Shown in pieces: positions 38,290 through 52,300 of a stretch of 64,000 nt of DNA. The stretch is from Eledone cirrhosa (taxonomy: Eukaryota): contig OZ024742.1 of assembly GCA_964016885.1 (NCBI GenBank), positions 203,670,001 to 203,734,000 on the forward strand. The letters are read 5' to 3'. A program made the position numbers and the translations under genes. The notes below the pieces were generated by a model. The model ran no database searches. It saw nothing but the letters and a program-made list of their open reading frames with translations, and was not told the origin of the DNA. Positions within the stretch are counted from its first letter, which is position 1. Every line of letters starts with the position of its first letter.

Positions 38290-39090
38290 TAGTATAGTGC
38301 TTCTGGATGGTGGTGGCGTAATGGTATGGTGAACGGTAGGGTACAGTAGGCTGGATGGCAGGGTGAGTGGTAGGGTTGATATAAGGGTATAGTAGATTGG
38401 ATAGCTGTGTGAATGGTAAAGTAGATCAGGGTGGATGCTATAGTACAGCATGGTGGGTGGTAGCATGCTGCTAGGGTGAATGGTGGGGTACAGTAGGGTG
38501 GATGTTAGGGTATCGTAGGTTGGATGGCTGGGTGAATGGTAGAGTAGGTCAGGGTGGATGCCGTAGTAAACCATGGTGGGTGGTAGCGTATTGGTACGGT
38601 ACAACAGGGTGGATGGCAAGGTGAATGGTAGAGTAGATCAGGGCGGATGCCATAGTAAAGCATGGTGGGTGGTAGCGTATTGGTAGGGTACAACAGGGTG
38701 GATGGCAAGGTGAATGGTACAGTAGATCAGGGTAGATGCCATAATACAGCATGCTGGGTGGTAGCGTATTGGTAGGATGAATGGTAGGGTACAGTAGGGT
38801 GGATGTTAGGGTATCGTAGGTTGGATGGCAGGCTGAATGGTAGAGTAGTTCAGGGTAGATGCTATAGTTTAACTGGGTTGGCGGTAGCGTTCTGGTAGGG
38901 TGAATGGTATGGTGGATGTTAGGGTACATCAGGGTGGATGATAGAGTAGGTAGTAGAATGAATTGTATGTTGAATTATAGTGTGTATTGAATGGGGAATA
39001 GAGAAGTAGATATTTGTGTGGATGGTAGGGTAAAACTGTATGGTGAAAGGTAGGGTGGGTGTTAGGGTAGATTCTAAGGTGGATGGTGGC
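38290..39090. repeat. Degenerate G-rich tandem repeat (89-bp and ~123-bp periods)
   Basis: gtgaatggta.agtag.tcaggg recurs at ~38409, 38532, 38621, 38710 and 38834. Confidence 0.8.
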
Positions 39091-40037
39091 TTGATAGTCT
39101 TTTGATCGTAGGTTTGCTTGACCATGACTGACCTAGGGCTAAATAACAACAAAACAAAATGAGAATGGAGTCGAATTTCGGATTGGACCAAAGGAATAAT
39201 GTTTCTGTTTGTCTTTTCCACAGTCATGCTGAATCTCCCTGAGAATTATGTGGGCAGTACAAATGTCTGTGAAATACTCAACTACAATACAAGATAGGCT
39301 ATACCTGTAATTGAAAAAGCTAGCCTTGTCACACGCTATATAAATCTCTATGAGAAATATTTAACATCCACGTGTCTGTGAAATACTCAGCCACTTACAC
39401 TATAATATAAGATTTATTTTATCTGTTTTAGCAGAAAAATAATAATATGCCTACGTGGCATAATATTAATAAGAAAGAATATATGTCATTGTTGTTATTT
39501 GTTATAGTGAGAAATGTAAGGTTTGTTAAGTGAGAGAGAGGCCAAGTTAGCCATAAAGTGAATGTTTGTTGAAGTAGTTGGAGTTCATTGTAGGCTTTGT
39601 AGAACATAATATTATGAGACTTTATAATATTTTACAAGCTTTATTTACAACCGACCACAGAAGTTAAGCTGGGTTGACAAGTCAAGGAAAAGAACAAACA
39701 AAATTAAGAGTTTTAAGAAGTAAAGAAAAAGCACTGTGCCAGGCCAAAAGAGGCCAACAGGTCAAAGTGAAATTCTCACAGTCACATAATTGCATGTTGA
39801 CTTTTCAGAGTCCAAAGCAACAAGAGAGAGATTTTTTAACCGCCGCGGGAATTTTTCCCTCTGGGCCGAAGTCGAGATACATTCACCTACGCCGATAGCG
39901 ATTGGCTGAACTGAGCCAAAACACGTACGGAGAATGTATCCATGAGCCCTCGGAATGTAGGTTACTACACTGTATTAAAAAGAGCCAGTTTTGTCCCATA
40001 TTATAACATGGAATCTCCCTGAGAATTATATTAACTA

Positions 40038-40220
40038 CCGTATTTCCCGGCGTCGAAGACGCTACTTATTCCTAAAATAAGTCTCAAAAATCTACCATGC
40101 GTCCTGGAGGCTGAAGGTTGTTTATTATTATTTGTTTTTTGTTTTTTTTTTCAAATTTTGGGTTATCAAAATGAGGGTGCGTCCTCGAGGACGAAGCGTC
40201 TTCGGCGCCGGGAAATACGG
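40038..40220 (+). mobile_element. Tc1/mariner (pogo/Tc2-like) MITE, copy 2
   Basis: TIR ccgtatttcccggcgtcgaagacgct / agcgtcttcggcgccgggaaatacgg, with a TA duplication on both sides. Confidence 0.9.
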
Positions 40221-41307
40221 TAAACACATATCTCTGGAGGTCTCAACTTTCACGCTAATTTAACGAGCATGATGTTTCCTTGATGAGACAACTGAAACAC
40301 ACACTCGTTGTCGAAGCCGACGGAGATCCATTCCATGTCATATTGTACATTTTAAACAAATACTGACTAACTTATAGATGGTTAAAAAGCAAATTCTCTG
40401 AAGCTAAAAATAGTATAACAATTTCTATATTAGTCTTTTAACATATTGTTTATATATATATACATACTGCAAATGCAACTATGCATGCATATTTATACAT
40501 TCCACAGAACCTTCCATTCCTACCACACCGCATCTGTCTTTCAGTTTCATACACACACACGTAAAGTTCAGAAGTATACCATATCCCTGCTGTGTTGTTC
40601 ACTTTAAATTCTACTTCACCTGCAATATCTTATTATATTATCTGTCTGTCTGTCCGTCTGTATACATATACAGATATTATGTATATATCTATCTATTTCT
40701 GACTATCTGTATACTTATATAGTTTACCTATGTATCTATATATCTAAGCCGTTTATTTTTTATCAACATAATCATATAATCACCTCCTCCTCCACTATAT
40801 AAATAAATAAATACACACACAGACAGACACACACACACACATATATATATATATAATTTGCATTTCCTTCTGCCTCTTTCACTCTCTAACTCTCTCTCTC
40901 TCTATCTCTCTCTCTCTGTATATATATATATATATATGTGTGAGTGCATGTGCGTGTGCATTTGTATAATACACATATATACATATATCTATACACTCAA
41001 ACATTCATATATATATACAGACACATACAAACACACATATATAAATATTTATGCATACACACATACATACACACACAACACACATATATGTGTGTGTATG
41101 TGTGTCTGTATAAATATTTATACGTGTATATATATATATACACAAGTACAGCCTAATCGAAGCTCTGGTTGCGGGCAAGCTGACGAATGTTGTCGGGAAG
41201 TCCAGCCAAAAGCACTCAATAAGGAATTTTACCTTAGAGTTATAACATTACGTTTAGACAGCTATGCAAATTGAAGCCAACGACCGAAAAGCGAGCCACT
41301 AGGACCA

Positions 41308-41344
<37 letters not shown>

Positions 41345-41665
41345 TATATTTGTGTGTGCGTGTGAATGCGTACGTCTACCTCAATCTACTACCCTACCAC
41401 AACACCTTACTAATCAATGTAAAGTCTTCACACAACACATCTCTGCCACCACCACAACCACAACTTATATGAAACTGTCTGACTGAAACATTGGTGGTCT
41501 GCTCAATCAGTGTTCACATCATATTTACGGAATATTGGCAACAGCATTGATAAATGCAAACATAACACCAAATGGCTCTGTTTAACTGCATTGAGCTATA
41601 CCTTTTACTGTCATTTCTATAATACGAAGAGGGTGTTTGACTCAAACACGCTCCAGTATTCTAAT

Positions 41666-41721
<56 letters not shown>

Positions 41722-41724
<3 letters not shown>

Positions 41725-42535
41725 TACGAGTAGGACCCCAGTCTCGTTTGTCCTCCATATTGCTGAACCATGAGATTACTTCCTGGGTGTTGACCCATAG
41801 GCTAAGTCTGGCGTTTTGCTTAACTTTTGGTATAACGCGGTCTAGGATTTTTTTACTGATTCTCCCTATGTCGGACTTTGTTTGGTTTATAAGCCTGATA
41901 GAAGGTTTACGGTCGAAATCGGATTTGTGGTCCTTCAGTGTGAAATAGGGAGTCCGTGGGTCTAGGGGTTCCGTGCGGTCGGCGACCCCGAGGCTGGAGG
42001 TAATTTGTTGTCCATCTCGATTTATGTCCTCGATGCTTGAATGGTTAGCCTTTTTATAGGTGGAGTTTAGGCTGCTCCTGATCAGTGTGTGGTATCTGTC
42101 GGGGTTGACGAAGTAGAGGTTACCAGTTTTATCCAAGTGCACCATGATGTCGTTGGTGTTTTCATACTCTGTTAATTTGCTACGGAGTTTTTGTAGGAAT
42201 CTGTTGTATCTGGGTTTGAATTTAATGCTCTTGACCAGTTGGAAAAGGTTATTCTCGAAGGGTGAGAGCATAGGGTTCGGAGGGGGAGATTTGTAGGTAT
42301 TAAATCCGAATCTCTCCTTGGTATCGAAGTCCTGATTTTCGCAATATCTGTCGTAGAAAAAAGTTCTCCATCTAAGTCTTTTCGCAAAGAGGTCGATCTT
42401 TTGCGTGAGCATCCGAAGGTAAAGTTTTCTCGGTGGAACTGGGGTGTTCTTGGTGGAGAAGTCGATGTTGTGTTTTCGCATGGTGCGGGTGAAAGAACTT
42501 GAGCTTAGCGGAAAAGTCTGGATACGGCGTGGTAG
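41722..42535 (-). mobile_element. PLE (Naiad-like) ORF N-terminal fragment
   Basis: ORF from 42481: FSTKN.PVP, KRLRWRTFF, FGF, DKTGNLY, YFTLKDHK.DF..KPSIRLIN.TKSDIGRISK.ILD. Truncated into (TA)n before the RT core. Confidence 0.85.
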
Positions 42536-43048
42536 GGTTATTTTATTAATATTAATAGAATAAATAATAGGAACTTAAAACCTAGTGGTAATAGCATAAA
42601 TAATGTACAAGATAACAAATGTAACTGTAGAGATAGATCTAAATGTCCGTTAAATAACAACTGCTTAGTTAAAAATATAGTATACAATTGTAATGTTAAA
42701 ACTGACTCTAATTCTTTTAACTACGTCGGTTCCACATCGACGGAATTTAAACTTCGCTATAATAACCACAAGAATTTTTTCACAGATCCAAGCAAAAAAT
42801 CTTCAACAGCACTATCAGGCGTACTCTGGCAACTTAAGCTAGATAACGTTAGATATTCGACGGCTTGGAATATAGTCTCAAGAGGTATTCCTTTTAATTC
42901 ATCCTCCGAGACATGTGACCTCTGCGCAGAGGAGATATTCTTTATACTAAAATCTAAAAATTCCCTTAATCTACGGACAAATTTATTCAGTTGCTGCAAA
43001 CATAGATTAAACTCAACTTTTAAATATAAATTTAAATTTAAAATGTAG
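42536..43048 (+). pseudogene. PLE GIY-YIG endonuclease, open frame without start codon (absent from ORF track)
   Basis: Manual translation: CNCRDRSKCPLNNNCLVKNIVYNC..YVGSTSTEFKLRYNNHK..CDLCAEE..LNLRTNLFSCCKH, stop at 43046-43048. Confidence 0.85.
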
Positions 43049-44377
43049 TATATTTAGTTTGATTTATAATTATTTGGGAAACTAGCCGATAAATCTTTCG
43101 TTTTCTTCTTTTTATTCTTCTTTTTATTTTTATTTATTTTTATTTTTATTTAAACATTCTTCATGAAAAATTAAACTACCCTAAAAGTTGATGCTCCAAA
43201 TATTTCGAATAAACGTTACACTAGATAAACTTCTATATTAAATATAAGAACACATGTAGACCAAATGGGCATCCTAAACTTTTTGAAATGTTTTTTACTA
43301 GACGCGATTTGATAAATAATTTTTAGCTTTATCTGTTTTCGACTCTGATGCTTATAATGAACTTGGCAATATATTGTCAATTAATTTCGAAGGGTTGATC
43401 TTTGTGGTTTATTTTTATTATTGTAGTATTTTCTAATATTTTTATTTTTAATATGTAATATTTTTTCGTAATATTTTTTAGTTTTCTATTTTATTATTAT
43501 TTATTATTATTATTGTTATTATTTTTTTGTTTCTGATATTTTTATTAATATATTGAAATCTGTTCTCTATTTCTGCTTGATAGATAATCATGTGGAGTAA
43601 AGACAAGAATAGTATTGTTAAAATTAATATAGACTCTATATATATGTGTATATATATACACATATATGTATACTTAAATTTTTATAGCACATTGAGAATG
43701 TTCTCCATGGAAAATTGTGATTTGCAGAGTTGTTCACGTAAATTCACATCGATGTTTGTAGTTATCATATAAACATATGAATTTTTAAAACTAAACATAA
43801 GATCATTACTTTTCACACATTATGGATACGTGTCTCATTCAGGAATACTGATATTTACATTATAGTGCCTGGTTTTTATACATACTAATACTTCTACATT
43901 AAAACATAGGTTTTTATGCCTCGCCTATGTCTGGTTACTTTTCATTTTTCTCTCTATATAACAGCTGGTTTCTCTCCTAACCACATATATCTCCCTTACA
44001 TTAATACTAGAGCTAAATAAATAAATAAATAAATAAATAAATGTATCATTGATACGTTTATTCAACGGATGTCCAACTACCCACTTTTCTCTATATATAT
44101 CTATCTCTATCTATTTCCTCTCTCTATATATATCTCTCTCTGTTTCTTTACATGAAGTTCTTCTCTTTTTCTATCTTTCCATCTCTCTATTTTGTTACAT
44201 GCATTTCTTCTTTTTCTTCTTTTTCTTCGTTTTCTTTCTTTCTTTTCTTTCTTTCCTTCTTTCTCTCTTTTTTCTTTCTGTTTACAATTTTTTTTCACTG
44301 CCAAATCAACTTTTCAAATACAAGTCGATGTTGAACGGTATGTCAAATCTATTTATCTATAAAACTGTCTATATTGT

Positions 44378-44441
44378 ATTTTGTCTGAGGAAGGCATAGC
44401 ATATTGTTAATATGATATCCCTGAAATATATATAATGAAAT
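44378..44441 (+). ncRNA. Type I hammerhead ribozyme motif in PLE pLTR
   Basis: attttgt-CTGAGGA-agg..catatt gtt aatatg..cct-GAAA-tatata-TA-atgaaat. Confidence 0.7.
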
Positions 44442-44569
44442 AAATATGGTTTTATAAATATAGTTTCCATTTATTTAATATCGTAAATATACTCCAAATA
44501 CTTGTTGAGTGCTTTTATATCAGTTATAAATATTTACTAGTTGTAACCCAACAATTTAAATATAACTTT

Positions 44570-44603
<34 letters not shown>

Positions 44604-44832
44604 TCACACATACATATACATATATAGAGAGTTTGCTCCCCCCAAAATTGTGTATACACTTTGATTCCCTGGCTGTTAAATTATGTACACATTTTTGGGG
44701 ACACCCTGCATGTATATATATATATATATATATTACCCAATCTACTACCCTAAGTATTGAGTACTTTGGTGCGTTATGGTCCATCTGGTTCCTTACCACA
44801 TTTCCTTCGTTATATATATATATATATATATG

Positions 44833-45605
<773 letters not shown>

Positions 45606-45624
45606 GTAAATGTGTATATATCTC

Positions 45625-45655
<31 letters not shown>

Positions 45656-46307
45656 GGAGAGGAAGAGAAAGAAACAGTTGCATGTAAATACAACCCTATC
45701 CGTAACCAGAAAATTAACCTAACACTAACACCATAGGCGCTGAGCTGGCCAGCCGCAGGTGTGAGCCCCGCGAGTTGGAGTGGCTTTTCCAGCGCGTCTC
45801 CCTCGCATCCTCCGGGGAAACGCCTTCTCCATTCTGTCCGCCGGGGCTGTGGGTGGGCCCCATCGCGTACCGTTGTAGTTGTTGTATACAGATATTAACT
45901 CATCAATCCCATTGTCCTAATACTTAGTGGTTATTTCAAGTTTTTTATACCGCGTTGTGGCGATAACGTGGAACGAAACCAGGAAGAACTAATAGTGACG
46001 TTACAGTATGAAGAGTTATATACTTGAGAGAGAACAGAATTATTTTCTGTTATCTACTCGTAATACGTACCTGGATACTTATTTTCATACATACATGCAT
46101 ACATTAATACAGATAAACATATATACGTACATACATGAACCCTAAAACTGACTCTAATGCTAAGCCGAACATTAAACGTATCCCAAGCCTTAACCCCATA
46201 CGTAACCATATCTCTAACCTGAACCCCAACTCTAGCTATAACCCCAAACTTACAGCTAATTTTTAACTTAACAATAACATATGTGTGTCCAGATGTTTCT
46301 GTGGATG

Positions 46308-49300
46308 TTGTAAAGGTTTGTGTGGGTGTTGTGGTGTATGGTGTATATGTAATATAGTGTAAAGGTTTGTGTGGGTGTTGTGGTGTATCGTGTATATGTA
46401 ATATAGTGTAAAGGTTTGTGTGGGTGTTGTGGTGTATGGTGTATATGTAATATAGTGTAAAGGTTTGTGTGGGTGTTGTGGTGTATGGTGTATATGTAAT
46501 ATAGTGTAAAGGTTTGTGTGGGTGTTGTGGTGTATGGTGTATATGTAATATAGTGTGAAGGTTTGTGTGGGTGTTGTGGTGTATGGTGTATATGTAATAT
46601 AGTGTGAAGGTGTGTGTGGGTGTTGTGGTGTATGGTGTATATGTAATATAGTGTAAAGGTTTGTGTGGGTGTTGTGGTGTATCGTGTATATGTAATATAG
46701 TGTAAAGGTTTGTGTGGGTGTTGTGGTGTATGGTGTATATGTAATATAGTGTGAAAGTGTGTGTGGGTGTTGTGGTGTATGGTGTATATGTAATATAGTG
46801 TAAAGGTTTGTGTGGGTGTTGTGGTGTATGGTGTATATGTAATATAGTGTAAAGGTTTGTGTGGGTGTTGTGGTGTATGGTGTATATGTAATATAGTGTA
46901 AAGGTTTGTGTGGGTGTTGTGGTGTATGGTGTATATGTAATATAGTGTAAAGGTTTGTGTGGGTGTTGTGGTGTATGGTGTATATGTAATATAGTGTGAA
47001 GGTTTGTGTGGGTGTTGTGGTGTATGGTGTATATGTAATATAGTGTGAAGGTGTGTGTGGGTGTTGTGGTGTATGGTGTATATGTAATATAGTGTAAAGG
47101 TTTGTGTGGGTGTTGTGGTGTATCGTGTATATGTAATATAGTGTAAAGGTTTGTGTGGGTGTTGTGGTGTATGGTGTATATGTAATATAGTGTAAAGGTT
47201 TGTGTGGGTGTTGTGGTGTATGGTGTATATGTAATATAGTGTAAAGGTTTGTGTGGGTGTTGTGGTGTATGGTGTATATGTAATATAGTGTGAAGGTTTG
47301 TGTGGGTGTTGTGGTGTATGGTGTATATGTAATATAGTGTGAAGGTGTGTGTGGGTGTTGTGGTGTATGGTGTATATGTAATATAGTGTAAAGGTTTGTG
47401 TGGGTGTTGTGGTGTATCGTGTATATGTAATATAGTGTAAAGGTTTGTGTGGGTGTTGTGGTGTATGGTGTATATGTAATATAGTGTGAAGGTGTGTGTG
47501 GGTGTTGTGGTGTATGGTGTATATGTAATATAGTGTAAAGGTTTGTGTGGGTGTTGTGGTGTATCGTGTATATGTAATATAGTGTAAAGGTTTGTGTGGG
47601 TGTTGTGGTGTATGGTGTATATGTAATATAGTGTAAAGGTTTGTGTGGGTGTTGTGGTGTATGGTGTATATGTAATATAGTGTAAAGGTTTGTGTGGGTG
47701 TTGTGGTGTATGGTGTATATGTAATATAGTGTGAAGGTTTGTGTGGGTGTTGTGGTGTATGGTGTATATGTAATATAGTGTGAAGGTGTGTGTGGGTGTT
47801 GTGGTGTATGGTGTATATGTAATATAGTGTAAAGGTTTGTGTGGGTGTTGTGATGTATCGTGTATATGTAATATAGTGTAAAGGTTTGTGTGGGTGTTGT
47901 GGTGTATGGTGTATATGTAATATAGTGTAAAGGTTTGTGTGGGTGTTGTGGTGTATGGTGTATATGTAATATAGTGTAAAGGTTTGTGTGGGTGTTGTGG
48001 TGTATGGTGTATATGTAATATAGTGTAAAGGTTTGTGTGGGTGTTGTGGTGTATGGTGTATATGTAATATAGTGTAAAGGTTTGTGTGGGTGTTGTGGTG
48101 TATGGTGTATATGTAATATAGTGTGAAGGTTTGTGTGGGTGTTGTGGTGTATGGTGTATATGTAATATAGTGTGAAGGTGTGTGTGGGTGTTGTGGTGTA
48201 TGGTGTATATGTAATATAGTGTAAAGGTTTGTGTGGGTGTTGTGGTGTATCGTGTATATGTAATATAGTGTAAAGGTTTGTGTGGGTGTTGTGGTGTATG
48301 GTGTATATGTAATATAGTGTAAAGGTTTGTGTGGGTGTTGTGGTGTATCGTGTATATGTAATATAGTGTGAAGGTTTGTGTGGGTGTTGTGGTGTATGGT
48401 GTATATGTAATATAGTGTAAAGGTTTGTGTGGGTGTTGTGGTGTATGGTGTATATGTAATATAGTGTGAAGGTGTGTGTGGGTGTTGTGGTGTATGGTGT
48501 ATATGTAATATAGTGTGAAGGTGTGTGTGGGTGTTGTGGTGTATGGTGTATATGTAATATAGTGTAAAGGTTTGTGTGGGTGTTGTGGTGTATGGTGTAT
48601 ATGTAATATAGTGTAAAGGTTTGTGTGGGTGTTGTGGTGTATGGTGTATATGTAATATAGTGTGAAGGTTTGTGTGGGTGTTGTGGTGTATGGTGTATAT
48701 GTAATATAGTGTAAAGGTTTGTGTGGGTGTTGTGGTGTATGGTGTATATGTAATATAGTGTGAAGGTTTGTGTGGGTGTTGTGGTGTATGGTGTATATGT
48801 ATATAGTGTGAAGGTTTGTGTGGGTGTTGTGGTGTATGGTGTATATGTATATAGTGTGAAGGTTTGTGTGGGTGTTGTGGTGTATGGTGTATATGTATAT
48901 AGTGTAAAGTTTTGTGTGGGTGTTGTGGTGTATCGTGTATATGTAATATAGTGTAAAGGTTTGTGTGGGTGTTGTGGTGTATGGTGTATATGTAATATAG
49001 TGTGAAGGTTTGTGTGGGTGTTGTGGTGTATGGTGTATATGTAATATAGTGTGAAGGTTTGTGTGGGTGTTGTGGTGTATGGTGTATATGTATATAGTGT
49101 AAAGTTTTGTGTGGGTGTTGTGGTGTATCGTGTATATGTAATATAGTGTAAAGGTTTGTGTGGGTGTTGTGGTGTATGGTGTATATGTAATATAGTGTGA
49201 AGGTTTGTGTGGGTGTTGTGGTGTATGGTGTATATGTAATATAGTGTGAAGGTGTGTGTGGGTGTTGTGGTGTATGGTGTATATGTAATATAGTGTAAAG

Positions 49301-52300
49301 GTTTGTGTGGGTGTTGTGGTGTATCGTGTATATGTAATATAGTGTAAAGGTTTGTGTGGGTGTTGTGGTGTATGGTGTATATGTAATATAGTGTAAAGGT
49401 TTGTGTGGGTGTTGTGGTGTATGGTGTATATGTAATATAGTGTAAAGATTTGTGTGGGTGTTGTGGTGTATGGTGTATATGTAATATCGTGTGAAGGTGT
49501 GTGTGGGTGTTGTGGTGTATGGTGTATATGTAATATAGTGTAAAGGTTTGTGTGGGTGTTGTGGTGTATCGTGTATATGTAATATAGTGTAAAGGTTTGT
49601 GTGGGTGTTGTGGTGTATGGTGTATATGTAATTATAGTGTAAAGGTTTGTGTGGGTGTTGTGGTGTATGGTGTATATGTAATATAGTGTAAAGGTTTGTG
49701 TGGATGTTGTGGTGTATGGTGTATATGTAATATAGTGTGAAGGTGTGTGTGGGTGTTGTGGTGTATGGTGTATATGTAATATAGTGTAAAGGTTTGTGTA
49801 GGTGTTGTGGTGTATCGTGTATATGTAATATAGTGTAAAGGTTTGTGTGGGTGTTGTGGTGTATGGTGTATATGTAATATAGTGTAAAGGTTTGTGTGGG
49901 TGTTGTGGTGTATGGTGTATATGTAATATAGTGTGAAGGTGTGTGTGGGTGTTGTGGTGTATGGTGTATATGTAATATAGTGTAAAGGTTCGTGTGGGTG
50001 TTGTGGTGTATCGTGTATATGTAATATAGTGAAAAGGTTCGTGTGGATGTTGTGGTGTATGGTGTATATGTAATATAGTGTAAAGGTGTGTGTGTGTGTT
50101 GTGGTGTATGGTGTATATGTAATATAGTGTAAAGGTTTGTGTGGGTGTTGTGGTGTATGGTGTATATGTAATATAGTGTGAAGGTTTGTGCGGGTGTTGT
50201 GGTGTATGGTGTATATGTAATATAGTGTAAAGGTTTGTGTGGGTGTTGTGGTGTATGGTGTATATGTAATATAGTGTGAAGGTTTGTGTGGGTGTTGTGG
50301 TGTATGGTGTATATGTATATAGTGTAAAGGTTTGTGTGGGTGTTGTGGTGTATCGTGTATATGTAATATAGTGTAAAGGTTTGTGTGGATGTTGTGGTGT
50401 ATGGTGTATATGTAATATAGTGTAAAGGTTTGTGTGGGTGTTGTGGTGTATCGTGTATATGTAATATAGTGTAAAGGTTTGTGTGGGTGTTGTGGTGTAT
50501 GGTGTATATGTAATATAGTGTAAAGGTTTGTGTGGGTGTTGTGGTGTATGGTGTATATGTAATATAGTGTAAAGGTTTGTGTGGGTGTTGTGGTGTATGG
50601 TGTATATGTATATAGTGTAAAGGTTTGTGTGGGTGTTGTGGTGTATCGTGTATATGTAATATAGTGTAAAGGTTTGTGTGGGTGTTGTGGTGTATGGTGT
50701 ATATGTAATATAGTGTGAAGGTTTGTGTGGGTGTTGTGGTGTATGGTGTATATGTAATATAGTGTAAAGGTTTGTGTGGGTGTTGTGGTGTATGGTGTAT
50801 ATGTAATATAGTGTAAAGGTTTGTGTGGGTGTTGTGGTGTATGGTGTATATGTAATATAGTGTAAAGGTTTGTGTGGCTGTTGTGGTGTATGGTGTATAT
50901 GTAATATAGTGTGAAGGTTTGTGTGGGTGTTGTGGTGTATGGTGTATATGTAATATAGTGTGAAGGTTTGTGTGGGTGTTGTGGTGTATGGTGTATATGT
51001 AATATAGTGTGAAGGTTTGTGTGGGTGTTGTGGTGTATGGTGTATATGTAATATAGTGTAAAGGTTTGTGTGGGTGTTGTGGTGTATGGTGTATATGTAA
51101 TATAGTGTGAAGGTTTGTGTGGGTGTTGTGGTGTATGGTGTATATGTATATAGTGTAAAGTTTTGTGTGGGTGTTGTGGTGTATCGTGTATATGTAATAT
51201 AGTGTGAAGGTGTGTGTGGGTGTTGTGGTGTATGGTGTATATGTAATATAGTGTAAAGGTTTGTGTGGGTGTTGTGGTGTATGGTGTATATGTAATATAG
51301 TGTGAAGGTTTGTGTGGGTGTTGTGGTGTATGGTGTATATGTAATATAGTGTAAAGGTTTGTGTGGGTGTTGTGGTGTATGGTGTATATGTAATATAGTG
51401 TGAAGGTGTGTGTGGGTGTTGTGGTGTATGGTGTATATGTAATATAGTGTAAAGGTTTGTGTGGGTGTTGTGGTGTATGGTGTATATGTAATATAGTGTG
51501 AAGGTTTGTGTGGGTGTTGTGGTGTATGGTGTATATGTATATGGTGTAAAGGTTTGTGTGGGTGTTGTGGTGTATCGTGTATATGTAATATAGTGTGAAG
51601 GTTTGTGTGGGTGTTGTGGTGTATGGTGTATATGTAATATAGTGTGAAGGTGTGAGTGGGTGTTGTGGTGTATGGTGTATATGTAATATAGTGTAAAGGT
51701 TTGTGTGGGTGTTGTGGTGTATGGTGTATATGTAATATAGTGTAAAGGTTTGTGTGGGTGTTGTGGTGTATGGTGTATATGTAATATAGTGTAAAGGTTT
51801 GTGTGGGTGTTGTGGTGTATGGTGTATATGTAATATAGTGTGAAGGTTTGTGTGGGTGTTGTGGTGTATGGTGTATATGTAATATAGTGTAAAGGTTTGT
51901 GTGGGTGTTGTGGTGTATGGTGTATATGTAATATAGTGTGAAGGTTTGTGTGGGTGTTGTGGTGTATGGTGTATATGTATATAGTGTAAAGTTTTGTGTG
52001 GGTGTTGTGGTGTATCGTGTATATGTAATATAGTGTAAAGGTTTGTGTGGGTGTTGTGGTGTATGGTGTATATGTAATATAGTGTGAAGGTTTGTGTGGG
52101 TGTTGTGGTGTATGGTGTATATGTAATATAGTGTAAAGGTTTGTGTGGGTGTTGTGGTGTATGGTGTATATGTAATATAGTGTGAAGGTTTGTGTGGGTG
52201 TTGTGGTGTATGGTGTATATGTATATAGTGTAAAGTTTTGTGTGGGTGTTGTGGTGTATCGTGTATATGTAATATAGTGTAAAGGTTTGTGTGGGTGTTG

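Noticed and set aside
45736-45872. HDV-like ribozyme in the GC island
   Set aside because: The nested double-pseudoknot pairings could not be built on either strand by eye.
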